Translations under genes and position numbers: made by a program | The notes under the pieces: model-generated | Told to the model about the DNA's origin: nothing | Seen by the model: the letters and a program-made list of their open reading frames with translations, nothing else | The model's database searches: none | Source: Tolypothrix carrinoi HA7290-LM1 | Lineage (GTDB): Bacteria > Cyanobacteriota > Cyanobacteriia > Cyanobacteriales > Nostocaceae | Assembly: GCA_019358935.1 (NCBI GenBank) | Contig: JAHHIK010000027.1 | Span: 13,802-77,801 of the forward strand | DNA: 64,000 nt | Direction of reading: 5' to 3' | Shown: one piece after another, positions 63,615 to 64,000 of the stretch | Numbering within the stretch: position 1 is the first letter of the stretch | Layout: each line of letters opens with the position of its first letter

Positions 63615-64000
63615 AGAGACTTTTTGATTAAAAACTTGCTAAAAAAAGAGTGTTTTTCAACGCAGAGGGGCGCAGAGTCAGCGCAGAGGAACACAGAGTT
63701 TTTTGTGATGAATTTGGGCAATTTTGTACTAAGACAAGTTGTCTTTTGACAAAAGATGGCGATGAATGATATGGGTGTAATTAACAGTTGTAGTAAGCGA
63801 TTTATCGCTTGAAATTGAGCGATAAATCGCTCACTACGAATTTTCACATTAGTCTGAATTGCCATGAAATTAAATCAGGACTTACGCAACTGGCACATTG
63901 CGATCGCCAATTAGTAGTAATTTAGTACTAGAAACAAGTATTTCTGAAATCAGCCCTTTTTAGAATTGTTGATAGAAATGAATCAAGTAGATTCCGGGAA

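Noticed and set aside
63611..63865. 84-aa ORF at the right end
   Set aside because: Composed largely of REP-like and cgcagag repeats; no recognisable motif

Overview
A 64 kb chromosomal window from a filamentous, probably heterocyst-forming (Nostocales-like) cyanobacterium. This is inferred from very frequent HIP1 octamers (GCGATCGC), many STRR heptamer arrays, and petM, nblR, ycf39 and nifJ. The housekeeping backbone is mutS, xseAB, frmA/fghA, avtA, rimM, nifJ, trpB, rnd, pdxA, petM, ycf39, NAD kinase, nblR, trpC, lpdA, tRNA-Ser(GGA) and a ferredoxin. Accessory patches interrupt it: (i) a CHAT-protease/Uma2 patch at 1-6.5 kb, partly bracketed by a duplicated gene end; (ii) an ABC-type ATPase + PIN-like pair; (iii) a four-gene DUF692 (MNIO) cluster whose candidate substrates are two membrane proteins with Gly/Cys tails; (iv) a decayed toxin-antitoxin / tandem caspase-GUN4 / EAL region next to the tRNA. 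The strongest unexplained signals are the MNIO + membrane-precursor operon, a 33-nt motif conserved at the ends of two GUN4 paralogs but read in different frames, and a 45-bp structured mobile element found in-frame in nifJ and nested three deep at 55.2 kb. All product calls come from motifs recognised by eye; no searches were run.
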